From the human T2T-CHM13v2.0 reference genome, Homo sapiens, in NCBI RefSeq assembly GCF_009914755.1, contig NC_060940.1: a stretch of DNA of 64,000 bases. The stretch is one strand, 5' to 3'. Position 1 is the stretch's first letter, and each line of letters opens with the position of its first letter. Shown piece by piece: positions 29,380-43,055 of the stretch. The notes below the pieces were generated by a model that was not told where the DNA came from, searched no databases, and saw nothing but the letters and a program-made list of their open reading frames with translations. A program made the translations under genes and the position numbers.

Positions 29380-30428
29380 TAAAAAGGGGTTGTCTTCTAG
29401 TTAGAGGTCTGACTATTGCCTCATGTCCTTGAGCAAGCCCTCCCTACCTCTCATCCAGACTTTGACTTCTTCACAATAAAATAAGGGAGGTGGGCTATAT
29501 TATCCCTAAGGACCTTTCTTAGTTCAGAGGTTTCAGGATGGTGGCTTCTGCATTAGTAGGGATTCTCTTGGCCTCTAGCTCCTGGAATTTCTGAGCATAT
29601 TCCTAAGAAGATGTATCTACCTGGAAAGCAGGGGTCCTAATGCTTCAGGTTGGAGGCTATGGGAAAGAAGTCCTGCAGCCAGCTGGATGCATAGAGGCCC
29701 AGGGGCCTTTGGCCTCAGATGCCCTGAATACATTTTTGAAGACTTGCAGGTGCATAGCTGCCTTAGCCAAAGATTATTTGTGAAACAGACATGACTTTGC
29801 TCCACAGTGCCAGGATGCAGAAAGCTTTACATTTCTTCATTTATCTAAATCAAATTAAATCTGGCTCTGAGCCCCCACCCACATGACTGATGAGAGGTGC
29901 AGAATCTGTCATCAGTGGGCTGTTTCTCCCACCCCATGGGATTGTACCAAATCCTGAAGGTTATTTTGGTTCCAGGAGGGGTTTTGTCCTCAGCTGTTTG
30001 TTTTAGAGATACTCCCTACAGTGGCCGAGCTGAGTGAGCTGTGGCTTAGATTCAGAGACCTTTGTAGAGCCTGTAGGTCATGGTTTTTGGTGATCAACCC
30101 TAGGATCCAAGCATTACCCTATCAGAGGTTTACTTCCTTCAGGGCACTGCAAGGGAGAAGAACACAGGTCTCCAGCACTCACAGAATCTGTCTCCCTCCA
30201 CCCTCTCAGCCCTAAGAACTCCAGTTCTTTCCCAGGGTGGCACAATTTCTTCCTCCACTCACAGTGCCAACCCTTCCCTCCTCTCTCCTCTGTAGCAACT
30301 TCAGCTTAATTCCATAGTCAGTCTCACCTGCCGACTGTAGACCTGGCTTTGATCAGAAGAGCTCCTGCAATTCAAAGATGCTATGACATCTTACTCTTCC
30401 CTAAAAACTAGTCTAGGCCTTCGATTGG

Positions 30429-30731
30429 CACTGTCCCAGAGATATATATAACTTGGGCCACATAAATTAAAAAATTTCTAGTAGTCATTTTTAAAAAGTA
30501 GATAAAATTTATATTAATAATATATTTTCTTTAACCTACTATATTCAAGATATAACCATTTTAACATGCAATCAGTATAACATTATTAGGAGATATTTTA
30601 CATCAATTTTTAGTGTTAAGTCACTGAAATCCAGTGTGTATTTTGCACTTAAGCCACATTTCTATTTGAATGGATCACATATCAAGCACTCAACAGCCAC
30701 ATGTGGCTAGTGGCTACCATATTGGAAGTGT
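30429..30731. mobile_element. MER33/MER3-like hAT-Charlie DNA transposon
   Basis: AATTTCTAGTAGTCA..GAAATCCAGTGTGTATTTT..CAGCCACATGTGGCTAGTGGCTACCATATTGGA. Confidence 0.8.
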
Positions 30732-31589
30732 GATCTCAGAACAATAAAACAGAAACAAAAATTTAACTCTTCTTCCAGCAGGTGAGGAGAAACAGAACAT
30801 TACTTTCTCATCTTTCCTTCCCCTAGCTGAGAAACAAGACAGAAATTAATATCTCAATAGATTATCCTGACATACTGCGTTACAGAGAAGAGAAGTCACT
30901 CAAAATAGCTTAAGCAAATCAGGAACTGTTTTAGAAGGACACATGGGGCCGTCATGGAATCCTGGAATGGGAAATACGGTCTTTCAGGAACAGGAAAGTC
31001 AGTGGCATCAGAGGCAGATTCCTTCTATTTGAGTCTCTGTTCCTTTCTCTGGGGGTATAACTTTCTTGGATTTTCTCAGGCCAGAGAATGTCTCTTTTCT
31101 TTCTCTCCGTATAGGGCTTTACCCTTCTCTCTTAGATGGGCTTTCTCCATTTTCCACCTTGGAGGGCTGGTGGAGTGACTGCTCCAAGCATGGTCCCCTG
31201 GCTCTGAATTTACATACTGTACAAGTCCGATAACTCAGTGAGTCCAATTCCAGATTACTGAGAGAAATAATTTAATTGGCTCATCTCACCAATGATTTGG
31301 CTTCCCCTGGTCAGGGTTTTTTTTCTTATCCAGGCTCCTGTGTCTGGGGAGGTGAGTGAGTGGAGTCCCTTACAATGCAAAGAGCTGCAGCATCTCAACC
31401 TATGGATGAGGAGGCAGTTCTTACAGAACAGGGATATGGGCTATTGAGTCCCCACAAAGAATCCACTTCAATCATGAGTGAAGAGTTGGAACACTCAATG
31501 TTTATGGCTGCCATTTTTCTACCCAACAAAAGTCCAGCAGGAACAAAATGGACTCCAGACTCTTGTGTTGGACAAAAAAATGGTGACTT

Positions 31590-32230
31590 GAGTACTCCCA
31601 TGTTCATATTATAGCAGCATTATTTTCAATAGCTAAGAGATGGAAGCCATCCAAGTGTCCATCAACTGATGAATGGCTAAACAAAAAGTGATCAATACAT
31701 ACAATGGAGTATTACTCAGCCTTAAAAAGTAAGGGGATTCTTTCTTTCTTTTTTCTTTTGTTGATACAGGGTCTCACTACGTTGCCCTGGCTGATCTCGA
31801 GCTCTGGGCCTCAAGTGATCCTCCCACCTGGGCCTCCCAAAGGGCTAGCTAGGATTATAGGATTAAGGGAATTCTGATACATGCTATAACGCAGATGAAT
31901 CTTGAGGACATTATATGCCAAAGGAAACAAGCCAACCACAAAAGAGTACATACTGGATGATTCCACTTACATGAGCAATCTAGGATATTCAAATTCATAG
32001 GGAAAGAAAGGAGAAAGGTGTTTTCCAGAGGCTGGGGGAAGGGATGAATGGGGAGTGATTGATTAATGAGCGTAGAGTTACAGCTGGACATGATGAAAAT
32101 GTTCTGAGGGTGGATGGTGGTGATGGTTGTACAACAATATGAATGCGCTTGATGCCACTGAATCGTGCATTTAAAAATGGTTAAGATGGTAAGTTTTATG
32201 TTACACGTATTTTAGCACAGTTTTAAAAAA
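31590..32230 (+). mobile_element. L1MB 3' end with a nested FLAM
   Basis: CCCATGTTCATA..GCAGCATTATT..AAGTGTCCATCAACTGATGAATGG..GATGGTGGTGATGGTTGTACAACA..AAAATGGTTAAGATGGTAA. Confidence 0.85.
31740..31861 (-). mobile_element. FLAM_C/AluJ monomer
   Basis: Single Alu arm; TSD taaggggattct / taagggaattct. Confidence 0.8.
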
Positions 32231-32435
32231 TGTCAGCTGGACTCCTAGGTTTATTTGAATGAACTGGTCATTGGCTAAGGGAATTAGAAAAAAGCAGGTC
32301 TATTTATTTTGAGGATTTTTCACCACTCTCACAGAGAAAGAGATGTTCTTCAGTCACATCTGAGGTAATTAAATCTTTGCTCATGGTAAATTAGACACAG
32401 GTATTTTCTTTGCCTTTTTTTCCCCCCAGTTCTAA

Positions 32436-32730
<295 letters not shown>

Positions 32731-33988
32731 CAAAGGCTTCTTTATAAGCAGACAGGAAGTCTTGTTGATAACATAATATTTTACATTCTAGGTTTAACCA
32801 AAACAAAACTGTGCTCTGAATAGGCACTCTTAGAAGGGAGAAAATATATTAAATTATAAATCTGTGGAATTTTTTTCTGCCTTAGGCTCACCTTACTTGC
32901 TCTCTTTTCTTGTATCTAGGTGATGGTAGAAAAGGAAGACTTGAGGAAGCCAGAAGGCTGAGCCCGTGTATGGAGAAAAGAGAAAACAGAAAGATAGCAG
33001 GGTGTTGATTTATGAGGGGACATTAGGGAGCACGGAATGAGGAGGGAGAGAGGCTGGGGAAAGGATTTTTGAGTTTTGCTATGCATTATGAAAGTCTGTT
33101 CCCCTTTGTTATTTTCAGCAGAAACTGCAGCAAAGATGTAAATTGCCTTTCCTTTACTATTTATTTGAATGTCATAAGGAGATGAGATAAGGCACAAGGT
33201 GACGAGGCTGTATGTGGCTCATGTCTGCACTTCCAAGATCTACAATACTGTCTGCCCGACAGTTTTAGCCGAGTCCGTTGAATGTGACAGAGGAGAGAAT
33301 TCTAGGCACCGTCTTTAGGGTCTTGTCCTCATCAGCTCCTTTTTTCCCCATTGCACCACTCAGCACCTTGTAAAAGGCCCTTCTGAAGTGATCAACCATA
33401 AAAAGCAAAAGTGATCCCCTTCATGAGGGGAAATACTGCAGCAATTATCACTTTATGTCATTTTGGAGCTCTGCAAAAGAGCTGGAGCAAGGAAAGATAA
33501 TGGCGGTGACAGAAATTATGTCGAGAATAGCTCTATATCACTTCATTTAGTGCAGGGGGGAAGTCAAAATGTTCATAAAAGTCCATTTGGTCTGAAAGCA
33601 AATAACTTAAGTCATTCAAACTCAGTCTTGTTGGACAGTAAAGCCGCTGGCACTATTTTGTAGAAAGGACTCTATAGAAAAATAAATTATATTTATTGAA
33701 TTGAACTTCAAGTAATAACCCTACCACCTACTTTTTTTTTTTCTGGCCTTCCACATCCTATGAATTTTGATGAATTACAAAAAGTTCTATGGGAACATAA
33801 TCACTTAAACAAAAAGCTATCCAGGTAATAATAACACAAGCACCTTTAAACCTGAGAAAAACTCATTTGCCTCATAGGCGTGATCATTATTTATTCTCTC
33901 ACTGCTCTGATTGCTTTTCTCCAAATAAAGTTCAAAGTAACAGCTTTTTGTTTAAGGCTCCAGATGTTCCTTAAAACCTGCCATTCTT

Positions 33989-34360
33989 GGTCAGGTGCAG
34001 TGGCTCATGCTGGTAATCCCAGCACTTTGGGAGGCCAAGGCGGGCGGAGTTTGAGACCAGCCTGGGCAACATGGTGAGACCTCATCTCTACAAAAAAATT
34101 AGCCAGGCATGGTAAAACCCTGTCTCTACTAAAAATACAAAAATTAGCCAGTCATGGTAAAACCTTGTCTCTACTAAAAATACAAAAATTAGCCAGGTAT
34201 CGTGGCACAAGCCTGTAGTCCTAGCTACTTGGGAGGCTGAGGCAGGAGAATGGCTTCAACTCGGGAGGCAGAGGTTGCAGTGAGCCGAGATTGCACCACT
34301 GCACTCCACTGAACTCAAGCCTGGGCAACAGAGCGAGACTCCATCTAAAAAAAAAAAAAA
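33989..34360 (+). mobile_element. Rearranged Alu with an internal triplication
   Basis: Left-arm deletion; three copies of the catggt..attagccag unit; TSD-like aacctgccattct / aacctaccattct. Confidence 0.88.
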
Positions 34361-34379
34361 GAAAGAGAAAGAAAGAAAG

Positions 34380-34422
<43 letters not shown>

Positions 34423-34474
34423 AGAAGGAAGGAAGGAAGGAAGGAAGGAAGGAAGGAAGGAAGGAAGGAAGGAA

Positions 34475-34508
<34 letters not shown>

Positions 34509-34515
34509 AAAAGAA
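34347..34515. repeat. Compound (GAAA)n-(GGAA)13-(GAAA)n microsatellite in the Alu tail
   Basis: Pure purine tract; 13 consecutive GGAA at 34427-34478. Confidence 0.95.
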
Positions 34516-34959
34516 CCTACCATTCTAGTCTACAAGGGACTACCCTAGCCCACCAGTGCAACTCTTGGATGTTGTGGGTTAGATTCCATTGACCTTTAAG
34601 CTCTGAATCTTGGCCTCTTATAGTCAAGCTTGCTGCTTCACTGGTCCAAGCCTATGCCTCCCTCATACAAAAAAGATGCAGGAGCTTGGCAGAGAAGCAT
34701 CCTGGAACCATGCCAAACCATGAAACAACACATTCTTGGAATCCCATATAATTGCTTAAATCTTGCTCTCCTGATCTTGAGCTGTCTGCACTGCTTTTTC
34801 TGAAGAGTCAGCTCAGGTATCACTTCCTCCAAGGAGCTCTCTGTGATTTCACTCCCAGGCTAAGTTATCTTTTGCATCTTTCCCATAGGCTCTTTGTAGT
34901 GAGCATTTGTTGAAAATCTGGATTCTCAGGATCTTCGATCTCCCCATGTTTGGAGAATT

Positions 34960-35250
34960 CACTCATTCACTCATTTGTTTGACAATATTTACTGAGGGTC
35001 TGCTATGTTCCAAGCACTAAAGATGCAGTGGTGAAAAAACCAGACACAAATTCCTTCCCTCTGGAGCTTGAATTTGACAAAGAAGAGACAGACAAACACC
35101 CGAATAAATAGACATGTAGAATTTCACATGGCGATAAGAGTCATGGGAAAATATATCATGGGTAATAAAGATTCCAGGGGAGGGAAATATCAGAGTTTTA
35201 AATAGAGTGGTATCACTGAGAAGGTGACATTTCACCAAAGCCTGGAAGGA
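34960..35250 (-). mobile_element. L2 3' end
   Basis: CATTCACTCATTTGTTTGACAATATTTACTGAG..CTATGTTCCAAGCAC. Confidence 0.75.
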
Positions 35251-36019
35251 AGACTTCCTCTTTCCAAGTTTTTTTTTTTTTTTTTTTTTTTGGTGGCGGG
35301 TGATGCAGTCGGCCTCTACCTGTAGCAACTCAACAGGTTAGATGCTTACCATCCCAGCATGCCTTGCAGCTGGAGTGAGGATGAGTGACCTAGGATAATT
35401 GAATCCAAAGATTGCTTTAGTGCCTGGGAAGCTAAAAAAGCTGAGACAGTGGAGAAGCCATTCTGGCACAGCTGTGACAGCAACATGTGGGTTCCACGGG
35501 CATGGGGTCAGCAGTTCAGTGCAACTTAACATGTCTAGTGCTAGAGTAATGTTGTTAGACTCCAATAGCTGCTGTTCCCCAAATCTGGCTGTAGGGTCTT
35601 TACCACTGGTAGTTTTGAGACTGAGGTACTAGCTGCTGCTGCATCTCTCTTCTCCTGCTGTTTTATGAGCCTTCACCTTCAGGCTGTCTGGTGCTTCTGT
35701 GAGTTCCCTGTATCTTTCCTGTAAATTCATTTTTTGGGTCAAATAAGCTAAAATCGATTTTTGTTGCTTGCAACCAATAACCCTGACTAGCATACCCCCT
35801 TTCCATCCTGTGTTTGCCTCTGTCTATGCTTCTATGTCAATGTGTGATGATGCCTGATTTACTCATGTGTCTCTTGTTTATTGTGAGCTCTTGAAGGCAG
35901 GCACCACAAATTTATTACTCATGATCATGCCTCTAGTTTCTAGCCTCGTGCTCAGCACACACTGGGGCTCAGTGTGCTTTTGTTGAATTTGTGAATGAAC
36001 AAGAAAAGGAAGGAATGCT

Positions 36020-36199
36020 AGCAAGACCCCAACTTTAAGAAAAAAAAATTAGCCAGTATGGTGGCACATTCCTGTAGTCCCAGCTGTGGTGAGAGGATCA
36101 CTTGAGTCCAGGAATTTGAGGTTCCAGTGAGCTATAATTGTGCCACTCCAGCGCTGCAGTCCAGCCTTCCAGCCTGGGTGACAGAATGAGCCCTGTCTC

Positions 36200-36228
<29 letters not shown>
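36020..36228 (+). mobile_element. 5'-truncated AluJ
   Basis: Right arm (GAGGATCACTTGAGTCCAGG) with a long poly(A) tail. Confidence 0.85.
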
Positions 36229-36230
<2 letters not shown>

Positions 36231-36632
36231 GCATAAATGAAACTTCTAAGTCCATGTTTGTTTGTTTTTTATTTTTGATTTTTTTTATGTCATCTTTACT
36301 TTCAGACAAAGTCTAGAGGCCACAGCCAACCTTGCCAAGGCAGCTCTGTCCCTCATGTCTAGTGCCCATTTCTAGTGGCACACACACAGATTGAATATGA
36401 GTGCTTTTCTATTGCTGGTGAAAGCAGCTTTCCATTAAGGCGCTGCTGCAGAGCTTATTGCTTTTAGAGAGCAGAAAACATATCAAAATGGGTCCTCAAT
36501 CTCAGCTCAAAAAGGGAAACGGGAAACCTACCGAATGCAGAATGAAACCAGGACATTTGGATGCTTGATGATCTTGGGCACGTCATTACATGGGCCTCAG
36601 TTTCTTCTGTAAAATGGAGAGACTGAGATTGA

Positions 36633-36843
36633 TCAAGTTTCTTAATCAGGGTATTATTGAAATTATGGGCTAGATAGTTCTTTGTTGTTGAAGGCAGTCC
36701 TGTGCATTGCAGAATGTTTAGAAGCATCCCTGCCTTCTAACCAGTAGATGCCAGTAGCAGTTCCCTAATTGTGACCAATAATGTCCCCAGATATTGCCAA
36801 ATGCTCCCTGGGGTGTAAAATTGCCCCTTGGTGAGAACTACTG
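36633..36843. mobile_element. MER20 DNA transposon
   Basis: GATAGTTCTTTGTTG..GTCCTGTGCATTGCAGAATGTTTAG..AGATGCCAGTAGC..CAGATATTGCCAAATG. Confidence 0.85.
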
Positions 36844-38093
36844 ACTTGGATGATATTTAAGCTAGATTGCAAATTCTAGGGTTGGAGCAAGAATTGAGGC
36901 TTGTTCTTTGCCATATCTTCAGTATCTAGCAAACACTCAATATATGTTGAGTGAATGAGAAGACATACACAGTTCCTTCCAGCTAGGTAACTTCTTTAGC
37001 CCCAAGAAAACCATTCTGATGGTAAGGATACTCATTGTCCATGTGACCACTCCTACTTGGATAATGCTTATCATTCCTGCATTGAAATGAGCTAAAGCAT
37101 TATTCAAAAATGGTTCTATCAGCCCTCTTTGGCAACGAAGAAGTGATTTTGTTTGTCAGGGCGGGTCCACTCAATCATGATAGCTATCTCAGACCATACC
37201 CCAAAAAGATTAACTCTGTATTTTGTGGATATGGCAAAAAGGGTTAGTTGAGAAGACTGAGTCCAAATTTTGGAATGAGGATTGTACATAGTTTATTTTT
37301 CAGTTAGCATAAGATTGTATATAATGGTTATGATTATTAATTTACAAATTCCTAAATTGTTCATTAGGTTTTCCTGTGTTTGGCTAAGACAGTGGTTCCT
37401 CTTCCAGTCAATCTAAGGCTTCTCTTATGTTTCAGATTCTACTTATCTGTTTCTTGGCATCCTACACTGTCTCATAAGAATTGCATTGACTATGTATATT
37501 AATTTAGAGTGTATTGCCCTCTTAACCATATTAAGTCTTTTGATCCAGGAACATGGGATGTCTTTCCACTTACTGAGGTCTTCTTTAATTTCCTCCAAAG
37601 AAATTATTGTTTTGCACTTCTTTTCTTAAATTTATCCCTCAATACTTTATTGATGCTGCTGTAAATGGAATTATTTTCTTAATTTTATTTTCAGATTATT
37701 GCTAGTGTTTCAAAATACAATAGGCTTTTGTATATTGAGCTCATATCCTGCAATCTTGCTGAACTTGTTTATTAGTTTTAATTTTTTTAATGGATTTCTT
37801 AAAATTTCCTATATCAAGATCATGTCATCTCCAAATAGAGATAGTATTACTCTTTTTTTTTTTTTCCAATGTGGACGCCTTTTATTTTGTATTTCTTACT
37901 TAATTGGCCTGGCTAGAATAACGTAGACAGAATAGAAGACATGAGAGTAGACATCCTTGTCCTGTTCATAATCTTAGGAGGAAAGCATTCAGTCTTTCAA
38001 TATTAAGTATGAAGTCAGTTGTGACTTTTTGTAGATGCCCTTTATCAGGGTAAGGAAGTCCCCTTCCATTCCTAGTTTGTTTAAATGTATTTC

Positions 38094-38263
38094 TTTTGAC
38101 TATTATTATTTTTCTTAGACAGGGTCTCACTCTGTCACCCAGGCTGGAGTGAAGTGGTGTGATCATAGCTCACTGTAACCTTGAACTCCTGGGTCCAAGG
38201 AATCCTCCCACCTCAATCTCCTGACTGGCTGAGACTGCAAGCGTGCCACCATGCCCAGCTAAT

Positions 38264-38306
<43 letters not shown>

Positions 38307-38430
38307 TTATGCTTTCAGAGATGGGGTCTTGCTATGTTGCCTAGGCTGGTTTCAAACTCCTGGCCTCAAGCAGTCCTGCCTCAGCCTTCCAAAGTGTTGG
38401 GGTGATCAGTGTGAGCCACTATGCCTGACC
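38094..38430 (-). mobile_element. AluJ with a (TTTA)n linker
   Basis: J-type arms with an expanded middle A-rich region. Confidence 0.88.
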
Positions 38431-38435
38431 CTTAG

Positions 38436-38869
<434 letters not shown>

Positions 38870-39261
38870 GGGATAAATCCTTCTTGGTCATTGCACATAC
38901 TCCTTTTTATATATTTCTGGATTCGATTTGCTAGTGGTTTTTTTTTTTTTTTTTTTTTTTAGGAGTTTTACATCTGTATTCTTAAAAGACATTAGTCTGT
39001 AGAATTTTTTGTGATGTCCTTTTTTGTATTAGGGTAACATTAGCTTCATAAAGTGAGTTAGGAATTGTTCCTTCCTCTTTTATTTTCTGCAAGTGTTTGT
39101 AAATAAATGGTATTAGTTATTCTTTAAATATTTGGTAGAATTCATCAGGATACCATCTGATTTTGAGCCTTTTTTGTAAGAAACTTTTTTGATTGCTAAT
39201 TCAGTCTCTTTACTTGTTATAGGTCTATGCAGATTTTCTGTTTTTTTCTTGAGTCTAGTCT

Positions 39262-39440
39262 GTTTTTATAGATGTGGTTTTATTGGAATGCAGCCATACT
39301 CATTTATTTACTGATTTTTCATGGCTGCTTTCTTGTGACAATGGCAAAAAAGGAATAGTTGGGTCAGGGACTATATGGCATATAAAGTCTAAAATAGCTA
39401 CTGTGTGGCCCTTTTCAGAAATATCTGGCTGACCCTTCTT
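39262..39440. mobile_element. MER58A-like hAT fragment
   Basis: GTTTTATTGGAATGCAGCCA..GACTATATGGC..AAAGTCTAAAATA..TGGCCCTTT..GCTGACCC. Confidence 0.7.
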
Positions 39441-40503
39441 GCAGAACATGAGGTTTTCCAGGAATGCATATGTTGCACAACAGCAAATATGGTTATATTT
39501 AATGAGCATCTTATAAGTTGAAACATGTGAAATTGCCATTTGTATAGGTCAAAGATGATAAAATATTGGCACTTACGTATGGTCAGCCTAATACAATTTA
39601 CTGAGCATATGAAGGAATAAAATGGAGACCGTGTCCTGGAGGAACTTCTAGTGACACTCTCACACACTCCTAATGTCAGTGAATGCTGTTATACAGGCAT
39701 GAACCGAGTATTGCAGCAGGACAGAGCAGCGAGTGAGTAATTCTTACCAATATTGATGAAAGAAAGAGGCTGTATGCTGGAGAGGTCTTCAGAGACATGT
39801 CTGTGCTTCTAGCTGCTATGCATTTGAGCTGCATCTCATAGAACATGTCGAATTTTACCAGGTAAAGAGAGGCATTTTTCAGCGTTTTCCTTAAGGGGTG
39901 GTGTAGTGCGGACTGACATTGAGCCCTAACCCATGTCTCTTTTCTTCAAACAGCATTGCTGCAGACAATTCAGTATAGGAAAACAGTGGCCTAGAATTAC
40001 AGGATATTAAAGCTCAAATGAGTCTGATTCCCTAATTTTTCAGGTGAAGCATGGAGGTAAACTGATTTGCCCAAGGTCACCCAGCAGTTGACTGATTATT
40101 CTATTTTACTGCTGGCCATCAACTCAAAGCTATTTCTATTAGATTACTTGGATGTGCAAGACAGCAGGTCAGAAAAATCTACTGGGGGCGCTGGAGGCAG
40201 ACAGACCTGGGTTTGAGTCCTGATTCTGGCACTTCCTCACTGTTACCTGTTAGAGGGTTCATAAACTTTAATTGCCTTATATGTAGGCATCACAGTCTGA
40301 AACCTGTCTCTCTGGGTTCTATACCAGCACCACTACTTACTAGGTGTATGAGCTTGATCATGCTACTTAACCTCTCTGGGTCAGTAAATATGGGGATAAT
40401 AATAGTACTTACCTCACAGAGCTATATGACGAAGTGAATTTAGGACTACAGAACATAAGACACAATAAATAGTGCCTGGGACATATAAAGTACTATATGT
40501 TAA

Positions 40504-40819
<316 letters not shown>

Positions 40820-40979
40820 AACATTATTATTTTTAAAAAGATGATAGGACTGTTATAAGGATGAGCTGGAGTCATTTAGTTAAAAGCATTTTCTAAGCTT
40901 ATAAAACAATACAAGTATAATTTATTTATGTGAATTAAAAGAGTGGAAGCCCAGAGAATGAAGTTGATGAGTATTATTT

Positions 40980-42535
40980 CTTTAAAAAGAATTTTAAGAA
41001 ATGTTTATATATTTGGGAGGTACAAGTGTAGATTTCTTACATGCCTGTATTGTGTTGTGGTGAAGTCTAGGCTTTTAGTACCCATCACCCCAATACTGAA
41101 CATTATACCCGATAGGTCATTTTTCAGCCCTCATCCCCCTTTTGCCCTCTGATCTTTTTGGGTCAGCAGTGTCTATTATTGCACTCTGTATGCCCACATG
41201 TACCCATTGTTTAGCCCCTACTTATAAGTGAGAACATGCAGTATTAGTATTTGACTTTTAGTTTCTGAGTTATTTTACTCAGGATAATGGCCTCCAGTTC
41301 CATTCATGTTGCTGCTAAAGAGATGATTTCACTCTTTTTTATGGCTGAGTAGTATTCCATGGTGAGATATATATATATATATAGATATACACACATATAT
41401 ATGTATATATAGATATACACACACACATACACACATAATATAAAATTTTATATATTTATATATTATTTATATATAATTATAAATTTTATATGAATAAAAG
41501 TATAAAATTTTATATATAATATGAAATATATAATGGTATATATACCCACCATATATACCATATAAATATGTGTATTATATTTATACATTATACCATAAAA
41601 TATGTATTATATGAAATTACCATATTTTCTTTATTCACTCCTCTGTTGATGGACACTTAGGTTGATTCCATATCTTTGCTCTTATGAATAGTGCTGCAAT
41701 AAACATATGAGTGCAGTATCTTTTTGATATAATGACTTTTTTTCCTTTGGGAAAATGAGAAAAAATATTTGTGGGATTCTCTGGATTGAATGGCAGCTCT
41801 GTATATATAGTTCTTTGAGGAATATCCACACTGCTTTTCCATAAAGGTTTTACTAACTTACATTCCCACCAACAGCATATAAGTGTTCCTTTTTCTCTGC
41901 ATCTTTGCCAGCATCTGTTGGTTTTGACTTTTTCATAATAGCCATTCTGACTGGTGTAAGACAGTATATCATTGGGATTTGTGCGTTTTTCTGATGATTA
42001 GTGATGTTGAGCATTTTTTAAAAGACGTTTGTTTGTCTCTTGTATTTCTTCTTTTGAAAAATGTCTGTTCATGTCCTTTGCCCACTTTTTATTCGGGTTA
42101 TTTTTTTCTCTCGTTGAGTTGTTTGAGTTCCTTGTAGATTCTGGATATTAGCCCTTTGTTGGATGCATAGTTTGCAAATATTTTTTTCCCATTCTGCAGG
42201 TTGTCTGTTTACTCTATTGGTTGTTTCTTTTGCTGTGCAGAAGCTTTTCAGTTTAATTAAGTCCCATTCGTCTATTTTGTTTTTATTGCGTTTGCTTTTG
42301 AGGACTTGGTCATAAATTCTTTGCCTAGGCCAACGTCCAGAAGAGTTTTTCCTAGGTTTTCTTTCAGAATTTTTATAGTTTCAGGTCTTCTGTTTAGGTC
42401 TTTAATCCAACTTGAGTTAATTTTTGTATATGCTGAGATATATGGGTCCAGTTTCATTCTTCTGCATATGGCTATCCAATTTTCCCAGCACCACTTATTG
42501 AAGTGTGTCTTCCCCAGAGTATATTTTTGTTGACT
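40980..42535 (-). mobile_element. L1PB/L1MA 3' portion with an internal AT-rich expansion
   Basis: Antisense L1 3' UTR and ORF2 end (ORF 42272..42457(-): [29 protein letters not shown]). Confidence 0.88.
41367..41625. repeat. (TA)n/(CA)n AT-rich low-complexity tract
   Basis: Visible in the sequence. Confidence 0.9.
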
Positions 42536-42904
42536 TGGATTACTATCATTTCTTCAAGCCCTACTGCGTGGCAGGGACTTTACATACATCATTTAAGTGT
42601 CAGAATAACCTAGAAGATGTTATTATTGTTTGCTGACAAGAGAGGCAGCAAGGCAGAGGACAGTAGGGAAATTCACAACCCTGGGCCCAGGCTGTCTGCA
42701 ACTGAATCCTCACTTGGTTGCTTACTGGCTATGTGAACACAGGTGAATAACATAAACCCCCATGCCTCAGTTTCCTAGACTGTAAACAAAGATGTTAAAA
42801 ATAGTAACATCTACTTGATAGGCTGTTCTGAGGATTAAAAAAAATAATTTTGTGAAGTGTTTAGGATGGTGTATGACACATAGTAAGGGTTACATGAGCG
42901 TAAG

Positions 42905-42990
42905 TGAAAGAAAGAGAAAGAAACGAAGGAGGGAGGGAGGAAGGAAGGAAGGAAAGAAGGAAGGAAAGAAGGAAGAAAGAAAGAAAGAAA

Positions 42991-43030
<40 letters not shown>

Positions 43031-43055
43031 ATGAAAGAAAGAGAAAGAAATGAAA
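42905..43055. repeat. (GGAA)/(GAAA)n purine-rich microsatellite
   Basis: Visible in the sequence. Confidence 0.9.

Noticed and set aside
34070-34197. 45-bp repeats resembling a CRISPR-like array
   Set aside because: No spacers; Alu-internal tandem units in eukaryotic DNA
34221-34548. Lys/Glu/Arg-rich and Phe/Leu/Ser-rich ORFs
   Set aside because: Translations of the GAAA/GGAA microsatellite
39936-40060. Possible splice acceptors and short exon
   Set aside because: No coding homology or partner exons; partly overlaps MIR-like sequence
40178-40194. CTCF-like motif TCTACTGGGGGCGCTG
   Set aside because: Only the 3' half matches the consensus; cannot be supported without PWM scoring or ChIP data
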